Source: Pyrodictium abyssi (lineage in GTDB: Archaea; Thermoproteota; Thermoprotei_A; Sulfolobales; Pyrodictiaceae). From it: a stretch of DNA of 32,000 nucleotides. Below, one piece after another: positions 27,556 through 32,000 of this stretch. Every line of letters starts with the position of its first letter. Within the stretch, counting starts at the first letter, position 1. A program made the position numbers and the translations under genes. The DNA is taken from assembly GCF_036323395.1 (NCBI RefSeq), contig NZ_AP028907.1:1890001-1922000 (forward strand), read 5' to 3'. A model generated the notes under the pieces. That model did no database searches, had not been told where the DNA came from, and saw nothing but the letters and a program-made list of their open reading frames with translations.

Positions 27556-27574
27556 CCATTATAGTATATAATGG
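27556..27574. promoter_or_regulatory. Palindromic TATA-like element CCATTATA-GTA-TATAATGG
   Basis: Perfect 8-bp inverted repeat with 3-nt centre in the nac / beta-CASP intergenic region. Confidence 0.5.
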
Positions 27575-27691
27575 TTGGTTTGTATCACGCGTTTAACGGG
27601 GTTACCACCATTCGGGACAATGTACGAGATACGCATCCAGCTAGACTACTAGGCTATGAGTGTCCCTAGTTGACAGAGGTGGATAGAGAAG

Positions 27692-28969
27692 TTGGGTGCG
27701 CCGGTAATAAGGATACTAGGAGGAGGCAAAGAAGTAGGTAGAATGTCTGTACTATTAAGGCCTGACAATAACGAAAAGCGGGGTATACTGCTAGACGCCG
27801 GAGTAAACTTCGATGAAGAAGATAGGCCAGTATTCGCAGCGACCTACCCGCCAAAGTATGTCGACGCTATAGTGATGAGCCACGCCCATCTAGACCACAT
27901 AGGTACAGCGCCTATGTACTTCATCTCCGGAAGCCCCAAGGTCTACGCTACACGGCCAACAGCACAAATGGCCAAGCTAATGCTCGAGGACTTCCTAAAG
28001 CTAAATGGCTACTACTCACCATACGAGCATCGGGAAGTAAAGGCCCTCCTTGACGCCACCGAGTATGTACGATACGGACAACGCATAGACATAGACGGTG
28101 TCGAGCTCTCAGTGTACTCTGCAGGCCACATACCTGGCAGCGCATTCATAGTAGTGGACGTTGATGGCACAAGGATAGGATTCACAGGCGACGTAAACAC
28201 TATAGAAACCAAGCTTATGAAACCAGCACATCTCGACGCCATAGGGAAGCTAGACGTCCTGATAACAGAAGCAACGTACGGCTCATCTCTGCACCCGCCG
28301 CGAGCTAGGGCAGAAGAAAGGCTACTCGCAATAATCGAGGAGGTTGTGGACCGTGGAGGCACAGTACTCATACCGGCTTTCAGTATAGCTAGAGGACAGG
28401 AGATAATGATGATACTTGCTGAACACGACCCAGGCGTACCAGTATACGTAGATGGAATGATAAGAAAGGTAACAGAGATATTCCTTGAAAACAGCGAGTA
28501 CATAAACAACCCTGGACTCCTACGCAAGGCGTACAACGAGTTTAACATAGTCAGAGGATGGCGCGATCGCAATAGAGCCTGGAAACACCCAGGCATAATA
28601 ATAGCATCGGCAGGAATGCTAAAAGGCGGGCCAAGCCTTTACTATCTTAAGCGTATTGGCGGGAACCCAAGAAACGCCGTCATACTAGTGAGCTTTCAGG
28701 CTCCTGGCTCCCACGGCCGCCGGGTAGTAGAAGAGGGGCTGATGCCGGGAAGCGAGGAGCCTGTGAGAGCACGCGTGGAATGGCTTGACTTCAGCAGTCA
28801 CGCCGACCGTAGAGGCTTGCTAGAAATAGTTAGGTCGACCAAACCAAGGAAGGTAGTAATAATACATAGCGAGGAGGACGTTGCACAGAAATATGCAGAG
28901 CGTGTACTAGAGACCGGCATACCAGAGAATGTAGTCATTGGCGAAAACAACGCGGAAATAGAGATCTAG
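27692..28969 (+). CDS. Beta-CASP metallo-beta-lactamase RNase (aCPSF2/RNase J-like)
   Basis: VMSHAHLDHIGTAPMY, FTGDVNT, TYGSSLHPPRARAEERLL, TVLIPAFSIARGQE, FSSHADRRGL. Confidence 0.93.
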   Translation: MGAPVIRILGGGKEVGRMSVLLRPDNNEKRGILLDAGVNFDEEDRPVFAATYPPKYVDAIVMSHAHLDHIGTAPMYFISGSPKVYATRPTAQMAKLMLEDFLKLNGYYSPYEHREVKALLDATEYVRYGQRIDIDGVELSVYSAGHIPGSAFIVVDVDGTRIGFTGDVNTIETKLMKPAHLDAIGKLDVLITEATYGSSLHPPRARAEERLLAIIEEVVDRGGTVLIPAFSIARGQEIMMILAEHDPGVPVYVDGMIRKVTEIFLENSEYINNPGLLRKAYNEFNIVRGWRDRNRAWKHPGIIIASAGMLKGGPSLYYLKRIGGNPRNAVILVSFQAPGSHGRRVVEEGLMPGSEEPVRARVEWLDFSSHADRRGLLEIVRSTKPRKVVIIHSEEDVAQKYAERVLETGIPENVVIGENNAEIEI

Positions 28970-29178
28970 GCTCCACAATAGCTTTTACGAGGATGCACAT
29001 GCTTTTGTACTAATCTCGCAGTACCCTCTGTTAGCACGTATGAGTGCAGGCTTCTACTTGTACTGATCGGCCAGCATTAGGAGCGTTATAGATTTGTAGA
29101 GAGGTTTGCAATCAAGTTCTGTGGAAACGTTAAGGCGTTGCAAGACAGGGGTGGAGGATAGGAGGCCCGGGCGGTGGT

Positions 29179-29334
29179 CCCGCCGCGGGGATTCGAACCC
29201 CGGACCGCCCGGTATCTGCCTCCCAGGCCCCTGTGCCCGACGCGCCCTCATCCAACCCCCGTTGGGGGTGTTGGGCGCGTGGGGGGCCTGAGCCCCACCT
29301 ACAGCCGGGCGCTCTGCCGCTGAGCTACGGCGGG
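29179..29334 (-). tRNA. tRNA-Tyr (anticodon GTA) with an 84-nt intron at 37/38; CCA encoded next (29176-29178)
   Basis: Exon 1 CCCGCCGTAGCTCAGCGGCAGAGCGCCCGGCTGTAG (29334-29299), intron 29298-29215, exon 2 ACCGGGCGGTCCGGGGTTCGAATCCCCGCGGCGGGA (29214-29179). C1-G72 and A73 are archaeal Tyr identity. The junction fits a bulge-helix-bulge (CTGT/GCAG, bulges AGG and ATA). Confidence 0.93.
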
Positions 29335-29381
29335 ATCCCCAGTGGACCGCCATGTATAGTCGGGGGTGAGAAGAGGCCCGT

Positions 29382-30323
29382 TTAATAACGTTTTCCGTCT
29401 TGGTCTGTTAGCGTTGCCGTGCTGCTGCAAACTTCGAACACGTTAGCGTAGTCTGTATACTGTGTCAGCACAATACATGTATCAATCTCATAGTCTCTTG
29501 CAATCTTTGGCAGAAGATTTACTGGAAGGTCAACGGGCTCTACGAGGATTATTGCGTCTGGATTATACTCTTCCAGCGCAGTTACCAAGCCAACAATCTT
29601 ATCACTAACATATAGTCTACTACCTAGCTGCTTCACTATAGCATTGTTTATATCTATGCCCGAGATAACATTCTTGAAGTCAACAACTAAAACACGACGT
29701 CCGTTGCCTAAGAGATTAATTACATCCCTAAGTAGGACTGGTAATGTGTCCCTCTCAGCATATATGCTACAGCAGCTTGGCGGCCCTTCTCTACTGCCCG
29801 ACTTACTAGCGCAAGGCAATGCCATTATACCTTCCATATACGAGTTTATCATATCTATAATATCGTTATAGGAAATTGAAGGCACCTCTATATATAGCAC
29901 GGCCTTGGGAGGTGAACCCTCTATAGTGTATGTTAACCTTTTACATGAAAAGGAAAGTCTACGCAGTATATATTCTAGGTTACGCGTATCATTTAGTAAG
30001 ATACTCTTAGGAATAATTCGTGAAGACACCAACTCTATACAGATGGTACTCCTCTTCCTATAGCGACTAAAGAATGCAACGGCTAAAACAAACAAACTTA
30101 GAAGTACGTATGCATGTTCATGAAATCGTCTAAGAGGCTGCACTACTGCTAATATGGGGATCCCGAGCCCGTTCGCTAATAGTAGAGCGGCCACGGCTAA
30201 GGGGAGAAGGGCGTGCCTTCTCAAGCCCAGCTGTTCCCGCAGCATAGTCTCTGATTGACGTAGCAGATAGAGAGGGTTGAGCGAAAGCTCTGTACAAAGC
30301 TTGAGACTAACGACAAGCCACAA
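29382..30323 (-). CDS. Hypothetical protein with two N-terminal transmembrane segments
   Basis: HALLPLAVAALLLANGLGIPIL and AYVLLSLFVLAVAFF, then a soluble alpha/beta-like domain without Walker A. Confidence 0.7.
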   Translation of the reverse strand: MWLVVSLKLCTELSLNPLYLLRQSETMLREQLGLRRHALLPLAVAALLLANGLGIPILAVVQPLRRFHEHAYVLLSLFVLAVAFFSRYRKRSTICIELVSSRIIPKSILLNDTRNLEYILRRLSFSCKRLTYTIEGSPPKAVLYIEVPSISYNDIIDMINSYMEGIMALPCASKSGSREGPPSCCSIYAERDTLPVLLRDVINLLGNGRRVLVVDFKNVISGIDINNAIVKQLGSRLYVSDKIVGLVTALEEYNPDAIILVEPVDLPVNLLPKIARDYEIDTCIVLTQYTDYANVFEVCSSTATLTDQDGKRY

Positions 30324-30381
30324 ACATTATACATGCAAAGAATACGGCAATGTGTTTGTAATGGCTGTAATTATCTTCTGC

Positions 30382-30747
30382 CTAGGCTCTCGAGACTTTC
30401 ACGTAGACCTTCTCGGTCGGTGTAAGCTCTAGCTTCTCGCTAGCTCTTATTATGAAGAGTAGGCCGCCTATAGAGATCAGTACGGCTTTCTTACCACCCT
30501 CGTCTTTCATAGTAACCACGGTGCCACGTCCCACAAAGTCCTCCCCATCCTTATACTCGGGGAGACTCCTGGATACAGTTACCTCAACCTCTGTTCCGGG
30601 CTCATAGACTACAAGGTCCTTATGGAGGTCCATCTCTACCTCGTAGTTACCGTCTAGGCTCTTTATCCGTGCCAGAAACATCTTAGGTATAAGCTCTGGC
30701 TCAACGGACTCGACTCTTCCTTTGAACTCCACTATGGTGTCTGCCAA
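30382..30747 (-). CDS. rpo8: Archaeal RNA polymerase subunit Rpo8 (RpoG)-like
   Basis: 121 aa; VEMDLHKDLVVYEPGTEVEVTVSRSLPEYKDGEDFVGRGTVVT...VLISIGGLLFIIRA...EKVYVKV matches the crenarchaeal RpoG pattern as I recall it. Confidence 0.7.
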   Translation of the reverse strand: MADTIVEFKGRVESVEPELIPKMFLARIKSLDGNYEVEMDLHKDLVVYEPGTEVEVTVSRSLPEYKDGEDFVGRGTVVTMKDEGGKKAVLISIGGLLFIIRASEKLELTPTEKVYVKVSRA

Positions 30748-30886
30748 CCTCGTATTACACCCTGGCTGTATCGCGTGTATTAACAGAGCTAAAATTCTAC
30801 ACCCCTATGCTGCTAGCAATAGCGGCCCCGAATAGCCGTATTTAAAAATCCCAATTGATGCTACTAAGGGATGTGGTGCGGAAGTA

Positions 30887-31345
30887 GTGGCCTCAGTAAT
30901 GGCCCCTTCTGCGGCTAGGCGCTTGCTTGCCGAGCTCAACCACCTTGTAGGAAAACGCGTTGAGATAATACTCGTTGACGGGCGCAAGTATTCTGGGACG
31001 CTTCTCGGCTTCGACCATCCAGAGATGAACATAGTGCTCAGCGACGTTGAGGCCGGGGAAGAGAAAATACCCAGAGTATTTATAATGGGGCGGGTTATAG
31101 CCGAGATAAGAGCCTACGAGACAACACTGTTCGATCCACGCGAGTTCGCAAACTACGTGGCCAAGAAGCTAGGTCTCCGCCCTGATGCGATAAAGGTGTT
31201 CCAGGACGCAGGTGTAGTAGTCATATACAACAGCATCCGTGTAACCGCAAACGGTGTAGAAGGGGCGGGCCCTCTAGTGGCGAAGGTAAACTACGTGCTA
31301 AAGGAGTATCTTGAGGCTAAGAGGAGGGGAGAACAGCCCCATTGA
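30887..31345 (+). CDS. Sm-like protein with C-terminal extension domain (SmAP3-like)
   Basis: LNHLVGKRVEIILVDGRKYSGTLLGFDHPEMNIVLSDV and GRVIAEIRA (Sm1/Sm2), then a conserved-looking ~70 aa C-terminal domain. Confidence 0.88.
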   Translation: MASVMAPSAARRLLAELNHLVGKRVEIILVDGRKYSGTLLGFDHPEMNIVLSDVEAGEEKIPRVFIMGRVIAEIRAYETTLFDPREFANYVAKKLGLRPDAIKVFQDAGVVVIYNSIRVTANGVEGAGPLVAKVNYVLKEYLEAKRRGEQPH

Positions 31346-32000
31346 GCAGGGTAGGAGTTTTTGAAATAAGGGACAAAGACCTAGCAGGTAGAATAGGTAG
31401 ACTTCATACGCCACACGGTGTGCTTGAGACTCCGGCGCTACTACCAGTAATAGACATAGCAAGGCAAGAGGTGCCAATCGAGGATATAGAATCCCTAGGC
31501 TTTAGAGCAGTTATAACCAACGCTTACCTTCTCTGGAAGCGTATGAGGAGTAGAGCTATAGAGCGCGGCGTCCACGGCATACTAGGCTTCAACGGCATAG
31601 TGATGACAGATTCTGGCGCATACCAGATACTACAGTATGGAAAAGTAGACATAAAGCCGCGCGACGTTATAGAGTTCCAGAAGAGTATAGGCAGCGACAT
31701 AGCCGTAATCCTGGACATACCCACTGGCAACGCGAGAGACCCGGAGCAAGCACGCTATAGCGTCGAGGAGACACTCAGACGTGCACAGGAAGCCCTAGAC
31801 CACATAGACGATGATAGAATATGGACTCTACCTGTACAGGGAGGCCCCTTCCGCGACCTACTCGAGAAAAGCGCCAGGGAGTCGGCAAAGATACCACGCT
31901 ACCGGCTATACGCTCTAGGAAGCCCAACAGTTCTCCTAGAGAGGTACGACTATGCAACACTAGTAGAAATGATATACACAGCGAGACTACACCTCCCGAG
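31342..32000 (+). CDS. tgtA: Archaeosine tRNA-guanine transglycosylase, N-terminal part (runs off the window)
   Basis: TTG at 31342 overlaps the previous stop (TTGA). FEIRDKDLAGRIGRLHTPHGVLETPALLPVID, ITNAYLLWK, MTDSGAYQILQYG, LPVQGG. Confidence 0.93.
   Translation, partial: MSRVGVFEIRDKDLAGRIGRLHTPHGVLETPALLPVIDIARQEVPIEDIESLGFRAVITNAYLLWKRMRSRAIERGVHGILGFNGIVMTDSGAYQILQYGKVDIKPRDVIEFQKSIGSDIAVILDIPTGNARDPEQARYSVEETLRRAQEALDHIDDDRIWTLPVQGGPFRDLLEKSARESAKIPRYRLYALGSPTVLLERYDYATLVEMIYTARLHLP

Noticed and set aside
31524-31960. Minus-strand ORFs 31524-31730 and 31775-31960
   Set aside because: Antisense to the clear tgtA coding frame.

Overview
This 32 kb window is dense, high-GC archaeal chromosome. 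Gene content points to a hyperthermophilic crenarchaeote, probably Desulfurococcales/Pyrodictiaceae-like; that assignment is inference. Most of it is core information-processing and central-metabolism genes. In order: P-loop ATPase (partial), superoxide reductase, SfsA, HAD phosphatase, SDR, KptA, PAPS-reductase-family protein, HemB, a divergent CbiX-like protein, SRP (7S) RNA, NOL1/NOP2/Sun methyltransferase, nitrilase-family hydrolase, nucleoside phosphorylase, tRNA-Arg(CCG), triosephosphate isomerase, fructose-1,6-bisphosphate aldolase/phosphatase, ABCE1, Cgi121-like, phosphoribosyltransferase, S17e, thermosome, Fap7/AK6-like kinase, translin-like, tRNA-Ser(GCT), HTH regulator, NAC, beta-CASP nuclease, intron-containing tRNA-Tyr(GTA), Rpo8-like, SmAP3-like and archaeosine TGT (partial). 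I found no CRISPR array, transposase or obvious defence island. The best candidates for a second look are: (1) a purine-tract gene between Cgi121 and ABCE1 whose alternative frames encode either an almost pure Glu/Trp tail or an Arg/Gly-rich tail; (2) a run of perfect GC hairpins just downstream of the SRP RNA; (3) an AT-rich gene desert plus orphan gene marked by repeated CCTGTCAGG 9-mers; (4) a nucleoside phosphorylase whose coding-like N-terminus lacks a normal start codon; (5) a superoxide reductase lacking the usual lysine; and (6) a palindromic TATA-like element. No convincing wholly new multi-gene system is visible.
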